Of a stretch of 64,000 nucleotides of DNA, positions 1 through 9,992 are shown one piece after another; positions within the stretch are counted from its first letter, which is position 1; each line of letters opens with the position of its first letter. The notes under the pieces were generated by a model. It was given only the letters and a program-made list of their open reading frames with translations. It searched no databases and was not told the DNA's origin. Made by a program: the position numbers and the translations under genes. The stretch is from an uncultured Gammaproteobacteria bacterium (GTDB lineage Bacteria; Patescibacteriota; Patescibacteriia; SG8-24): the NCBI GenBank assembly GCA_964491475.1, contig CAZBFO010000001.1:8605-72604 (forward strand), read 5' to 3'.

Positions 1-856
1 CTTCGGCGGTGTGGGACAGCTGCTCGAATGCGAGATTCTCCTCCCTGACGGTTCGCGGCGGGTGGTCAACAAGACGCTGACCGTACCCCGGCGCGGGTTC
101 GCGGAGACGTTGAGCTACACGCTCACCAATGCAGACTCCATACAGTCCAACAAGATCTGGTATCTGGACGTCTGTCGCGTGGCCAGCGCCGCGCTGGGGG
201 CGGCCTGCGTCACCGATTCGACCTGCGCGCCGTCGGGCATCTGTGATGAGAGCATTTCCAGGTGCCGCCAGGTGGCCACGTCGTCGGCCAACCGCAAGCC
301 GATTTACACCCACGGCAACACCTGGACCGGACTGAACGCCTCGCAGGACCAGTACACCGCCGTGAAATGCAACGCCGGCTTCACCAACTCGTTCTTCAAG
401 AACGCCGCGCAGTGCGATTACACCGGCGACGCCTCCTTCGCGCTGGCGATGCGCCGCGGCATACCGGTGGAGGGCAAGTGCTCCGATCTGATGGACAACG
501 ACGGCAACGGGCAGACCGACTGCAACGACCGCTACTGCAAGGGCATTTCGTACCTGTGCCAGACGCTCGCCCGCACGAGTTGCACTTACGGCGTGGCCGG
601 CGACGGCGTCAACGACTGCACCGATCTCACCTACCAGTCGGGCGACCTGTGCTGCACCAAGCAGCCGAAGACGTACGGCAGCGCGGTCAACAGCGTCGTG
701 GACGGCCTCGAGTGCAGCTACCACAGCACCAACGACGGTTACTTTGACTGCGACTGCAACGCCGCCAAGTTCAACACCTACGCCGACTGCTACTCGCCGG
801 GCTACGCCTCCGGCGACCTGTGCTGCAGTTCGACCAACCAGGTGGAACGTCACTGA
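1..856 (+). CDS. Secreted Cys/Asp-rich repeat protein, 3' part (gene starts upstream of window)
   Basis: ORF open from window edge (frame 2). Very Cys-rich. Contains CSDLMDNDGNGQTDCNDRYC, the same C-x-D-G-x-D-N-D-x-D-G-x-x-D-C motif as the next gene. Stop at 854-856. Confidence 0.55.
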   Translation, partial: FGGVGQLLECEILLPDGSRRVVNKTLTVPRRGFAETLSYTLTNADSIQSNKIWYLDVCRVASAALGAACVTDSTCAPSGICDESISRCRQVATSSANRKPIYTHGNTWTGLNASQDQYTAVKCNAGFTNSFFKNAAQCDYTGDASFALAMRRGIPVEGKCSDLMDNDGNGQTDCNDRYCKGISYLCQTLARTSCTYGVAGDGVNDCTDLTYQSGDLCCTKQPKTYGSAVNSVVDGLECSYHSTNDGYFDCDCNAAKFNTYADCYSPGYASGDLCCSSTNQVERH

Positions 857-867
857 CCCTTTTGCCA

Positions 868-3800
868 ATGCGGTTTCTCAAGAAATTCCTTTCGGTGCGG
901 CCCGGCCTCGTTTTCGTGGCGGCGGCGTTGGCGCTGCTGACCGTCAGTCCGCAGCCGACCTCGGCCGTCGTGGCCAGTTCGCCGTGCACGGGCAACATCT
1001 GTACCGGCACGGTCACCGTCGGCAGCCAGGCGGTGCAGTATGCCTACACGCAGCACCTCTCGCCCAGCGGCCAGTTCCGCATCCGTTTTAACGGCGGCAG
1101 TTACAACACTTCGCAGCTGGTGTCGTTCATCCTGTCGAACATGCCGGCATTCGTCTCTACCGGGTACTTGGCCAATCCCACCAACGGTGCCACGGCCATG
1201 ACCGAGTCCAACGTCAACCCGGGCATGACCGCCTACGAGCGCCTGTCTTCGTCCGGCTGCCTCTCCTGCATCTACGATCACGTCATGTCGGTGCAGTACT
1301 CCGGACTTGCCGCAGGCGTTTACACCTTCAACTTCACCATCTTGCAGAACGGCAGTTCCGGCGGCATGGTGGCGGTGCCGTTCTACGTCGACGCGGGCGC
1401 CCCTTCGAACGGCAACGAGTCGACCGCCTGGAACGCGGGCAGCGCGGTCGTGCCCGGCATGGACTATCCTTGCGCCGACGCGACAGATAACGACTTGGAC
1501 TTCAGGCAGGACTGCGCCGACTCCCAGTGCGTCGGGCAGATCGGCAAGGTGGTCAGCGGCGCGCTGTGCCAGGCTGCCGAGACCTCCTGCAACGACGGCT
1601 TCGACAACGACGGCGACGGTCTCCTCGACTGCCTTGATCCCGACTGCAACGGCCGCGTCGGTCAGCCTTTCGGCACGGCGCTGTGCCAGTTCGGCAATGA
1701 AAAAAACGCCACTAGCTGCGCTGACGGCTTCGACAACGACGGCGACGGGCTGACGGACTGCGTCGACAACGTCGCCACCGACAGCAACCCTGCCAACACC
1801 TGCTGGAAGCAGTCCGGGTACGGCTGCCCGGCGACCGAGACCAGCTGCACCGACAGCATCGACAACGACAAGGACAAGAGCTACAGCTCCACTTGGGATA
1901 ACGCGCCTTCGACCGGCGTCGACTGCCAGGACTACGATTGCGTCGGCAACGCCGCCTGCCCCAGCAAGGAGAACCTCGACAGCTCCTCGGTGAACCATGA
2001 CGAGCAGTGCTTCAACGGCATCGACGACGACCTCGACGGGAAAGTCGACTGCGCCGATCCCGACTGCGCCAACGTGGTCAATCCGAGCAACCCCTCGCAG
2101 GCATGCTATTCGTCCGAGTTCGATTTCAGCCAGCACTACCAGTACTGCGCCAACGGCTTCGACGACAACGGCAACGGCGCGGCCGACTGCAGCGACTTGA
2201 GCTGCAAGCGGCAGTTCGGCAATTGCGGCCCCTGCCCCAGCCGCGAGGACCTCACCTGGAATTCCTGCGCCGACGGCAGCGACAACGACACTGACGCACA
2301 GACCGACTGCGCCGACACCGCCAACTGCAGCGACAAGGTGGGTTCGACCTCGCTCGGCGCCATCTGTTCTGCCACGGAAAACACCGACCGCGCCTGCGGC
2401 GACGGCTTCGACAACGACTTAGACGGGAAGATCGACTGCGCCGACTCGTCCTGCGCCGGACATCAGGGACCGCTGGGCGTCACTTGCCAGTCGCCGGGCG
2501 AGACTTCTTGCGGCGACGGGCTGGACAACGACGGCGACGGCCTGATCGACTGCGTCGATCCCGACTGCGCGGGCATAGGCAGCTGCTCGGCGGCATCATG
2601 GACGCAGGCGGCCGCCTGTCAGGTGGTACCGCTGTATTCGGGCCAGACTGCCTTCACCAGCGTCAGCCCGACCATTACCGCCAAGGTCCGCCTCACTACG
2701 CACGTCAGCGACGTCGACACCATCGAACTGGTCGGCAGTTCCACTTACACCTCGGTGACCGTGGTCATCGGCGACAACACCGCGCCGACGGCCTATTACC
2801 CGTACGCCGCGGCGTCGCCCACCTGCCAGTTAAGCGGCACGGGGGCGTCGTCGTTCGGCATGGTCGTGGCCAACAATCACGCTATCGAAATCTACGATAC
2901 CGGCGCTGCTGCGACCTTCGGTCCGTTCGACATCACCCTGACCTGCGCCACGCCGGCCACGCCCGCCTCGCAAGTCAGCTATCCCGTCAGCCTTTCCGCC
3001 CTTAAGCCGGGCGGCGTGCAGGAGTACGGTGACGTGAGCTTCTCGACGACTCTGCTTGAGGCTACGCCGCCGATCATGACCAAGGTCGAAGGCGAGGGCG
3101 TCATCGGAACGACCATCACCGTGCCGTATGGCGGCGTCAGCAACCCCGCCACCAGGCGTTTCCGGGGCGTTCCCAACGACCCCAATCCGTACCCCTCGGG
3201 CATCTGCCGCTGCGATCTTGACGTCGGCGGATCGGTTTTTCCCGGCGTGGCCGACTGCATCACGACGCCGATCGCCTTCCTTTCCGACGTTCCTTCCCTG
3301 GTCGTACAGGGCCGCGCGGAAGACGGCGCCGGCAACGTCGGCGCGTACGGCGCGAACACCACCTTCAGCGTGAACGTGACGCCGGTCAACAGCCAGCCGC
3401 TGGTCCTGTTGCCGACCACGCCGTTCTTCAATACCGCCAACGCGGCCGTCGGTCGCCTCACCGCCGGCTACGTCACCGGCGGCACCGACACTTTTTCTTC
3501 CGCCTGCGGCGTCTACCTGTACAACGACGCCGGCAGCCAGATTAACGGTCCCGGCGGCCCGTCGTACACGTTCCCGGGCGTCGCCGTCGGCAACACCTTG
3601 CTGTGCGACGTCACCGGCAGCACCTTGCCTGCGGGCCTGGCCGACGGCCGCTACTTCGTGAAGGTCCGCGCCACCGACAACGACGGCAACTTCGTTGATT
3701 CGAACGCCCAGGTGCTGTACGTCTGCAACACCGTGCCAGGTCCGAGCGATCCCGAACCTGCCAACGGCTGCCAATATGCCGACTTCGACCATGACGGGGC

Positions 3801-5088
3801 CGCCGAGGGCCTGTACACCAGCCTGTATTCCTCCAGCACCAAGTTCGCCTGCGACAACTGCGTCAACCTGTCCAATCCGACGCAGACCGACGCCAACGCC
3901 GACGGCATCGGCGACGTCTGCGAGCCCGCCAAGCAGTACGGCCGCTGCGAGATCGACACCGACATCGTCTGCCTGTACGACTCCGACAACCCCGTGCACT
4001 GCGCCGTCGCCTCTCCTGATCCGCTGTGCTGCCCCGGACCGTCGCACAAGAACGACCCGTCGACAGGCCTGCCCAAGAACCCGCAGCAGTGCAAGCTGAC
4101 TTGGGGTACCTGCATCCAGACCGGCGGCATCTGCTTCCAGAACTCACAGTGCCCGGGCGGGCCGGGCGCCTGTCAGGACACGGCAGCCGCCTGCTACACC
4201 GACGCCGACTGCCCGTCGTCGATCTGCGTCGGCGCCGACGCCTGTGACTACCGACTGTACCCCTGGATACAGACCATTTACGGCAACGTCTTCAGCAAGA
4301 AGAAGATCGACGTTCCGGACTTGCCGCCCAAGAACTTGTACAACGCCACCTACTGCGTGACCGCAAAGGAGACCATCGTGAACTTCATCACCGAAGGGAA
4401 GGGGAGCTGCGGCGCGCAGACCGACGCCGCCGCGCGTCTCGACTTCCCCAAGAGCGGCAACCGCTACACCTCGGTGCTCGGCAGCATCGACATCGCCGGC
4501 CTGCGCAACGGCAAGTACGGCACGGTCACGACGGTGTCGGGCGGCGCGCTCGATTCGGCATTGAGCTTGAGTTCGGAACGCCTGGGCGGAAGGGTCATCC
4601 GCGTCGCGGGCGACGCCACGATCAACGCGGCTCACCTCATCGCCAACGACTCCGCCAAGGGCGCCGGCACCATCTTCATCGACGGCGGCAACCTGACCAT
4701 CAACGGCGACATCAGCTACGACGCGCTCAACACCGTCGACGACCTCCGCAAATTGGCGTCGCTCGGCTGGATCGTCCTGGCTGACGGGTCTGGCAACGGC
4801 GGCAACGTCTATGTGGATAAGTCGGTCACCACGCTATCGGGGGCGTTCTACATCGGCGGATCGGGCGGCTTTAATTCGGTGGCGCCTCCCGAGCTCAACA
4901 GCATCACTCCGTTGACGGTCTACGGCCTGGTCATCGCTCATGAATTCCACCTGAACCGCGTGTTTAAGAGCTTGAGCAACGGTGCCGAGTCGTTCATTTA
5001 CGACGGACGCGCCGTCGTAAACCCGCCGCCCGGGTTCGCCGACGTCACCAAGGCCCTGCCCGCGTTGACCGACACCCCTGGTCCGTAG
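868..5088 (+). CDS. Giant secreted surface protein/adhesin with MopE-like and thrombospondin type-3-like Asp/Cys-rich Ca-binding repeats and a C-terminal beta-helix-like region
   Basis: ATG at 868 gives a classic signal peptide MRFLKKFLSVRPGLVFVAAALALLTVSPQPTSA; the ORF-track start at 820 overlaps the upstream stop. At least seven repeats of CxDGxDNDxDGxxDCxDxDC lie between about 1480 and 2600. A TSP3-like repeat DFDHDGAAEG...CDNCVNLSNPTQTDANADGIGDVCE lies at 3781-3925. The C-terminus carries repeated GG/NG-rich beta-strand repeats. Confidence 0.75.
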   Translation: MRFLKKFLSVRPGLVFVAAALALLTVSPQPTSAVVASSPCTGNICTGTVTVGSQAVQYAYTQHLSPSGQFRIRFNGGSYNTSQLVSFILSNMPAFVSTGYLANPTNGATAMTESNVNPGMTAYERLSSSGCLSCIYDHVMSVQYSGLAAGVYTFNFTILQNGSSGGMVAVPFYVDAGAPSNGNESTAWNAGSAVVPGMDYPCADATDNDLDFRQDCADSQCVGQIGKVVSGALCQAAETSCNDGFDNDGDGLLDCLDPDCNGRVGQPFGTALCQFGNEKNATSCADGFDNDGDGLTDCVDNVATDSNPANTCWKQSGYGCPATETSCTDSIDNDKDKSYSSTWDNAPSTGVDCQDYDCVGNAACPSKENLDSSSVNHDEQCFNGIDDDLDGKVDCADPDCANVVNPSNPSQACYSSEFDFSQHYQYCANGFDDNGNGAADCSDLSCKRQFGNCGPCPSREDLTWNSCADGSDNDTDAQTDCADTANCSDKVGSTSLGAICSATENTDRACGDGFDNDLDGKIDCADSSCAGHQGPLGVTCQSPGETSCGDGLDNDGDGLIDCVDPDCAGIGSCSAASWTQAAACQVVPLYSGQTAFTSVSPTITAKVRLTTHVSDVDTIELVGSSTYTSVTVVIGDNTAPTAYYPYAAASPTCQLSGTGASSFGMVVANNHAIEIYDTGAAATFGPFDITLTCATPATPASQVSYPVSLSALKPGGVQEYGDVSFSTTLLEATPPIMTKVEGEGVIGTTITVPYGGVSNPATRRFRGVPNDPNPYPSGICRCDLDVGGSVFPGVADCITTPIAFLSDVPSLVVQGRAEDGAGNVGAYGANTTFSVNVTPVNSQPLVLLPTTPFFNTANAAVGRLTAGYVTGGTDTFSSACGVYLYNDAGSQINGPGGPSYTFPGVAVGNTLLCDVTGSTLPAGLADGRYFVKVRATDNDGNFVDSNAQVLYVCNTVPGPSDPEPANGCQYADFDHDGAAEGLYTSLYSSSTKFACDNCVNLSNPTQTDANADGIGDVCEPAKQYGRCEIDTDIVCLYDSDNPVHCAVASPDPLCCPGPSHKNDPSTGLPKNPQQCKLTWGTCIQTGGICFQNSQCPGGPGACQDTAAACYTDADCPSSICVGADACDYRLYPWIQTIYGNVFSKKKIDVPDLPPKNLYNATYCVTAKETIVNFITEGKGSCGAQTDAAARLDFPKSGNRYTSVLGSIDIAGLRNGKYGTVTTVSGGALDSALSLSSERLGGRVIRVAGDATINAAHLIANDSAKGAGTIFIDGGNLTINGDISYDALNTVDDLRKLASLGWIVLADGSGNGGNVYVDKSVTTLSGAFYIGGSGGFNSVAPPELNSITPLTVYGLVIAHEFHLNRVFKSLSNGAESFIYDGRAVVNPPPGFADVTKALPALTDTPGP

Positions 5089-5106
5089 CGCCAGCCGCCT
5101 AAAACG

Positions 5107-5114
5107 TGTATACT
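5107..5114 (+). promoter_or_regulatory. Putative extended -10 promoter element (TGTATACT) upstream of pilM
   Basis: TGnTAnAnT-like element lies 36 nt upstream of the pilM ATG. The same motif class recurs upstream of the pilins, the tRNA and other genes. Confidence 0.35.
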
Positions 5115-5150
5115 TTCAACGTGAGAAGAATTGTGGACTGAACTTTGCCT

Positions 5151-6236
5151 ATGGGACTTTTTGGAAAGAAAAAGCAGAGCTACCTCGGCATTGACCTCGG
5201 TGCGGGGGGAGTGAAGCTGGTCGAGCTGCAGAACGAGAAGGGGAGAGCGCGGCTCTTCACCTACGCGTTCACCGAGCGCGGCCCCGAACAGCAGCCGATG
5301 TCGCTGGTCGACAACCCGCGCGAGACGGCGGAGCTGCTCCGCAAGATCGTCGCCAAGGCCAAGACCAGCACCAACAAGGTGATCGCCGGCTTGCCGATTG
5401 CCTCGATTTTCAGTTCGGTCATCACCGTGCCGAAGGGCAACGACCGTGAAGTCCGCGAGGCCATCCAGTGGCAGGCCAAGAAGCTGATTCCGGTGCCGCT
5501 CGAGGAAATGGTGCTCGATCCCAAGATCGTCACGGCCGTGCCCGACAAGAACAAGTCGGCCGAAGCGAAGAAGCTCGAAGAGAAGAGCGTGCAGGTGCTC
5601 ATCACCGGCGCGTCCAAGGCGATGGTCAGCAAGTACACCGCCGTCTTCCGCCAGGCCGGCCTCGACCTGTTCAGCTTGGAAACCGAAGCGTTTGCGCTGA
5701 TCCGCGCGCTGATCGGCAAGGACCGCACGGCCACCATGATCGTGGACATCGGTTCCATCCGCACCAACATCATCATCGTCGAGAACGGCATCCCTTACGT
5801 GACGCGCAGCCTCGACATGGGCGGCGTCACGCTCACCAAGGCGATGGCCAAGGCGCTGTCGATGGACCTGAAGGCCGCGGAACAGATGAAGACCGACATC
5901 AAGAGCGTCTCCAGCATCTATCCGGCCGACGGCATTCCTAAGATTTTCGAAGCGGCCGTTGCGCCGATGCTCACCGAGCTGCAGTACTCCATGAACCTTT
6001 ACGCGGGTCAGGGGGCCGAACGCGGCGGCAAGAACATCGAGAAGGTCGTGCTGACCGGAGGCTCTTCGGTCCTGCCGGCCATGGCCACGTTCTTCTCCAA
6101 GCAGCTCAACGTCAAAGTGTATGTCGGCGACCCATGGGCGCGCGTGGTGTATCCGGACGAGCTGCGTCCCGTGCTCGAGGAAATCGGTCCGCGGTTCGCG
6201 GTCGGCGTCGGGTTGGCGATGCGTGACATCGAGTAG
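5151..6236 (+). CDS. pilM: Type IV pilus assembly protein PilM (actin-like ATPase)
   Basis: MGLFGKKKQSYLGIDLGAGGVKLVELQ has the actin/FtsA-like fold signature of PilM. The ORF-track start at 5145 is a TTG, so the ATG at 5151 is preferred. First gene of the pilus cluster. Confidence 0.85.
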   Translation: MGLFGKKKQSYLGIDLGAGGVKLVELQNEKGRARLFTYAFTERGPEQQPMSLVDNPRETAELLRKIVAKAKTSTNKVIAGLPIASIFSSVITVPKGNDREVREAIQWQAKKLIPVPLEEMVLDPKIVTAVPDKNKSAEAKKLEEKSVQVLITGASKAMVSKYTAVFRQAGLDLFSLETEAFALIRALIGKDRTATMIVDIGSIRTNIIIVENGIPYVTRSLDMGGVTLTKAMAKALSMDLKAAEQMKTDIKSVSSIYPADGIPKIFEAAVAPMLTELQYSMNLYAGQGAERGGKNIEKVVLTGGSSVLPAMATFFSKQLNVKVYVGDPWARVVYPDELRPVLEEIGPRFAVGVGLAMRDIE

Positions 6237-6265
6237 CCTAGTCCCAGTCAAGTGAGACCAGCACC

Positions 6266-7216
6266 ATGAGCCTGCTCCAGCCGGAACAACCGAAAACCCC
6301 GAAAGGCGCAGGATCGCCTTCTTCGGCGTCTACGGCCGACATGGGTGCGGCGAAGTCCGCGGTTGCCAGGGCCGAAGCGGCCGCGTCCGGGATGCTTTCG
6401 AGCCTGCGAGTCTCGCTCATGCCGAGCGATCTGGAAGGGCGGCCTGCGCCGAATGTCGCCAGGGGACTGATCGTGTTGGCCGTCGTGCTGCTCGTGGAAA
6501 CCGCCATCATCGGCGTTCTGTACTTCATGACCAGCCGTTCGGTAAACGGCACCATCGCCCGGCGGGACAAGATGATGGCCGATATCCAGACGATCGACAA
6601 GCAGACTTCCGCGCTCGAAGCGGCCTCCATTCCGGCGGTGTCGTATGCCTATCAGGTGCAGGCGGCCAAGGAAACATTGGGCAAACACGTATACTGGACG
6701 CCGTTTTTCGCCCTGCTGGAAAAGAGCGCCCTCCCCGCCGTGAAATTCACGTCGTTCTCGGGTGACGCCACGACGGGGGTCATTACCGTCGACTGCGTCG
6801 CCGGCAATTATCTCGATGCCGCGCAGCAGATCGTCTCGCTGCGGGAATCCCCGATGATTCTCGAGGTGCGCTCCAATTCCGCAGCGGCCAAGGTCAACGA
6901 AAAGGGGGAAATCACCGGCATTTCTTTCAGCATGGTGATCAAGGTCAAACTTGACGCCTGGACTTTGCTGACCGCGCCTTCGTCCATGCCGGACCAGCAA
7001 GCCGCCCCCGCGTCGAATGCCGCTCCGACGGAAGCCGGCGGTCAGGCTCCGGCATTCATCGCCGCACCTGCCACGGAACCGGCCGCAGCGGGAACGTCCG
7101 CGTCCAGCACGCCGTCGCACGGCGCGTCAACAGGCACGAAAGTCCCGTCGTCGTCACCGTTCCCGGGCCCTTCGGTGACTCCGCCCACCCCGCCGCCTTC
7201 GCCGGCAAAGCCTTAA
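6266..7216 (+). CDS. pilN: PilN-like pilus assembly protein (single TM, P/A/S-rich C-terminal tail)
   Basis: Position after pilM. Single TM segment LIVLAVVLLVETAIIGVLYF followed by a periplasmic-type domain. The C-terminal 90 aa are Pro/Ala/Ser-rich low complexity. Confidence 0.6.
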   Translation: MSLLQPEQPKTPKGAGSPSSASTADMGAAKSAVARAEAAASGMLSSLRVSLMPSDLEGRPAPNVARGLIVLAVVLLVETAIIGVLYFMTSRSVNGTIARRDKMMADIQTIDKQTSALEAASIPAVSYAYQVQAAKETLGKHVYWTPFFALLEKSALPAVKFTSFSGDATTGVITVDCVAGNYLDAAQQIVSLRESPMILEVRSNSAAAKVNEKGEITGISFSMVIKVKLDAWTLLTAPSSMPDQQAAPASNAAPTEAGGQAPAFIAAPATEPAAAGTSASSTPSHGASTGTKVPSSSPFPGPSVTPPTPPPSPAKP

Positions 7217-7229
7217 CTGCGCTTTTCCT

Positions 7230-7874
7230 ATGCCGACTCCCGCACGCAAACCGGTCATGGCCGAAACGCTGGCAAAGATGCTTCCCGTCTTTACCGGCCT
7301 TGTCGCTTTCGGTTACGCGATGACTGCCTATGCCTTCCTGTTCATGCCCAAGCTGGGACGCACCGTTTCGGGCGGCGACCTCGACCTCAAGCCGTACCAG
7401 GACCGCATCGCCGAAGCTGCCGCCTACCAGACCCGCCTCAAGACCTTGCAGTCCGATTACGCTTCCGTGAACGCCGAGCGCCGCGCCCGCGTGCAGGAGA
7501 TCGTTCCCGACCGTCTCGATGCCGAAAGCCTGTACGTGCTGCTCGACGGCATCACGCAGGCGCATGGCGGCGTGCTGGGAAACATCGATACTTCGCCGGA
7601 CACCAAGCGCATAGCGGCAAACGGACGCCGCGCCGTGCGCGCGACGGTCAGCATCCGCAACGTCGACTATCAGGGACTTAAGCTGATTCTCACCGATCTG
7701 GAGCGATCGACGCGCGTGATGGACGTCCAGAGCGTCGTGTTCACTCCCGGCAGCAAGACCTACGGCATCGTCTTCCGTGCTTACGCCTTCGATCCGGAGA
7801 GACTCCGCACTGCGCCGTTCGCCGAAGGAGCGAGCGCCGGGGCCGCGGCAGGCGCGCCGGACCAGTCGCAATGA
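7230..7874 (+). CDS. pilO: PilO-like pilus assembly protein
   Basis: N-terminal TM segment LPVFTGLVAFGYAMTAYAFLF followed by a coiled region. Sits at the pilM-pilN-pilO position. Confidence 0.55.
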   Translation: MPTPARKPVMAETLAKMLPVFTGLVAFGYAMTAYAFLFMPKLGRTVSGGDLDLKPYQDRIAEAAAYQTRLKTLQSDYASVNAERRARVQEIVPDRLDAESLYVLLDGITQAHGGVLGNIDTSPDTKRIAANGRRAVRATVSIRNVDYQGLKLILTDLERSTRVMDVQSVVFTPGSKTYGIVFRAYAFDPERLRTAPFAEGASAGAAAGAPDQSQ

Positions 7875-7884
7875 TCGCCTTGCT

Positions 7885-8181
7885 ATGAATAAGCTGAAAG
7901 AAAAACAGCAGATCATCGCGTTGACGGCGCTTCTCGTGCTGATCGGCCTTGTTTTGCTGTATTTCTATCACGACAGGTTTCTGCCGAAACCGGTCGGGAA
8001 TCCGGTAGTGCTGACGCCGCCCCCGCGCCTCCTGCTGCCTTCAAAGTCCGCTGCCGACGCCGCCCTGTACCAGCAACCTGATTTTCAGGCTTTGCGCGAC
8101 CATGCGGGAGTGCCGGTAAAGCCGATGCAGCTCGACGGTTCTGGGAACCCCTTCCTCGAAGATGCCCAGAGCCTTCCCTAA
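7885..8181 (+). CDS. Small single-TM protein (possible PilP-like component)
   Basis: ATG at 7885 (MNKLKEKQQIIALTALLVLIGLVLLYFY). The ORF-track start at 7777 overlaps the pilO 3' end in another frame. Product assignment is by position only. Confidence 0.35.
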   Translation: MNKLKEKQQIIALTALLVLIGLVLLYFYHDRFLPKPVGNPVVLTPPPRLLLPSKSAADAALYQQPDFQALRDHAGVPVKPMQLDGSGNPFLEDAQSLP

Positions 8182-8192
8182 GTACTTCTGCC

Positions 8193-9971
8193 TTGATGCG
8201 GCGGTCACGGCGGCCTGCCGCAATGGTTATGCCAGAAAGCGCAACCGGAAACCCGATGATCGACTTGTTGGTGCAGTCCGGCCGCATCACCGCGGAGCAG
8301 TTTCGCGCCTACGAGGCCGAAGCCGCTGCCGCCGGGAAGCCGGTCGACGTCCTTTTGGTTGAGAAAAAGGTGGTCGACGAGGAGACCATGGCAAAGGCCA
8401 AGGCCGCGCAGCTCGGCCTGTCGTATGTCGATTTACAGGGCAGGGAAATCAAGGCGGAAACGCTGAACCTGATCCCCAAAAACGTCGCCGAAACCAACAA
8501 GGCGGTCCCTTTCGACCGCGACGAGGCGCACGTGAGCATCGGCATCGTCGATCCGCGCGACGCTCGCGCCATGCAGGCCATCGACTTCCTCGCCCAGACC
8601 GTCGGGTTCAGCCCCAAGTACTTCGTGATTTCGACGGCTTCGTTCAACGGCGCGCTCAAGAAGTACGCCACCATCGGCAAGGACGTGGCCGGAGCGCTCG
8701 AGGCGGCCAAAGAGCGCTTCGTCCCCGAAAAGAAGGTGGCGGTATCCGAGGAACGCATCGAGGAGGTCATCAAGGGGGCGCCCGTGTCGCGCATCGTCTC
8801 GGTCATTCTCCGCCACGCCGTCGACGGCGGCGCCTCCGACATTCACATCGAGCCGTTCGGCGAAGAGACTCGCGTCCGCTACCGCGTCGACGGCATGCTC
8901 CGCACCACCCTGACGCTGCCCAAGTACATCCATGCCTCGCTGGTCTCCCGCGTAAAGGTGCTGTCCAACCTCAAGCTGGACGAGACCCGCGTGCCGCAGG
9001 ACGGCCGCATCACCGAGAACTTCAGCGGCAAGGTGATCGACTTCCGCGTTTCCACCATCCCGCTGGCCGAAACCGAAAAGGTGGTGATGCGCATCCTCGA
9101 CACCACCCGCGGCGTGCCGACGCTCGAGCAGCTGGGCTTCCGGCCGCAATTCGTGGAAATCATCAAGCAGGAAGCGCGGAAGCCGCACGGCATCTTCCTC
9201 ATCACCGGTCCGACCGGCTCCGGCAAATCGACCACCTTGCTGACGGTGTTGAGCATGCGCAACGAGGAGGGCGTCAACATTTCCACCCTCGAGGACCCGA
9301 TCGAATACTTCATCAAGGGCGTCAACCAGTCGCAGGTGCGTCCCGAAGTCGGTTACACCTTCGCCAGCGGCCTCCGCGCGATGCTGCGCCAGGACCCGAA
9401 CGTGATCATGGTCGGCGAAATCCGCGACGGCGAGACCGGCGAGCTGGCCATTCACGCCGCGCTCACCGGCCATCTCATCTTCTCGACTCTGCACACTAAC
9501 GACGCCCTGGGCGTGGTGCCTCGCATGGTCGACATGCACGTGGAGCCGTTCCTGCTTTCGGCGACGCTCAACGTGGCCATCGCCCAGCGCCTGGCGCGCA
9601 AGATCTGCGAACGCTGCAAGGCGCCGACGACGCTGCCGCCGGAAATCGAGGAATCAGTCCGGGAGGAAATCGACGCCATCCCGGAAGTCTACAAGACCCA
9701 TCTCGACCTCGCTGCGCCGAAGCTGACGGTCTACAAGGGCATGGGGTGCGTGCGCTGCGGCAATAGCGGCTACATGGGCCGGGTCGCCTGCGCGGAGATG
9801 ATCGTCTACGATGAGGAGCTCCGCCTGCTGATTACCAAGGGTTTTCCCTCGGAGCAGGTCAAGAAAGAGCTGGTCAAGCAGAATGCCATCACCTTGCGCC
9901 AGGACGCTCTCTTGAAGGCTTTGGAGGGTTCAACTACAATTGAGGAAGTCATGCGGATTACCGCCGAATAA
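8193..9971 (+). CDS. pilB: Type IV pilus assembly ATPase PilB (GspE family)
   Basis: N-terminal GSPII_E-N-like domain, Walker A GPTGSGKSTT, Asp/His boxes, and the tetracysteine motif CERC...CVRCGNSGY. The start could be an internal Met (MIDLL...). Confidence 0.9.
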   Translation: MMRRSRRPAAMVMPESATGNPMIDLLVQSGRITAEQFRAYEAEAAAAGKPVDVLLVEKKVVDEETMAKAKAAQLGLSYVDLQGREIKAETLNLIPKNVAETNKAVPFDRDEAHVSIGIVDPRDARAMQAIDFLAQTVGFSPKYFVISTASFNGALKKYATIGKDVAGALEAAKERFVPEKKVAVSEERIEEVIKGAPVSRIVSVILRHAVDGGASDIHIEPFGEETRVRYRVDGMLRTTLTLPKYIHASLVSRVKVLSNLKLDETRVPQDGRITENFSGKVIDFRVSTIPLAETEKVVMRILDTTRGVPTLEQLGFRPQFVEIIKQEARKPHGIFLITGPTGSGKSTTLLTVLSMRNEEGVNISTLEDPIEYFIKGVNQSQVRPEVGYTFASGLRAMLRQDPNVIMVGEIRDGETGELAIHAALTGHLIFSTLHTNDALGVVPRMVDMHVEPFLLSATLNVAIAQRLARKICERCKAPTTLPPEIEESVREEIDAIPEVYKTHLDLAAPKLTVYKGMGCVRCGNSGYMGRVACAEMIVYDEELRLLITKGFPSEQVKKELVKQNAITLRQDALLKALEGSTTIEEVMRITAE

Positions 9972-9992
9972 CGACCTAACCACACGCAGGAT

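Noticed and set aside
850-2136. Long minus-strand ORFs (850-2136, 2830-4047, 4998-6251, 10667-12199, 17144-18604, 22009-23028, 22784-24442, 24397-25632, 40943-42265 and similar)
   Set aside because: These are Arg/Ala/Gly-rich antisense translations typical of high-GC DNA. They overlap strongly supported + strand genes (pilus, ligA, tgt, rpoD). They have no motifs or sensible starts.
1480-2600. Possible CRISPR-like tandem repeats
   Set aside because: The repeats are in-frame coding repeats (Asp/Cys motif) without unique spacers. They are not a CRISPR array.
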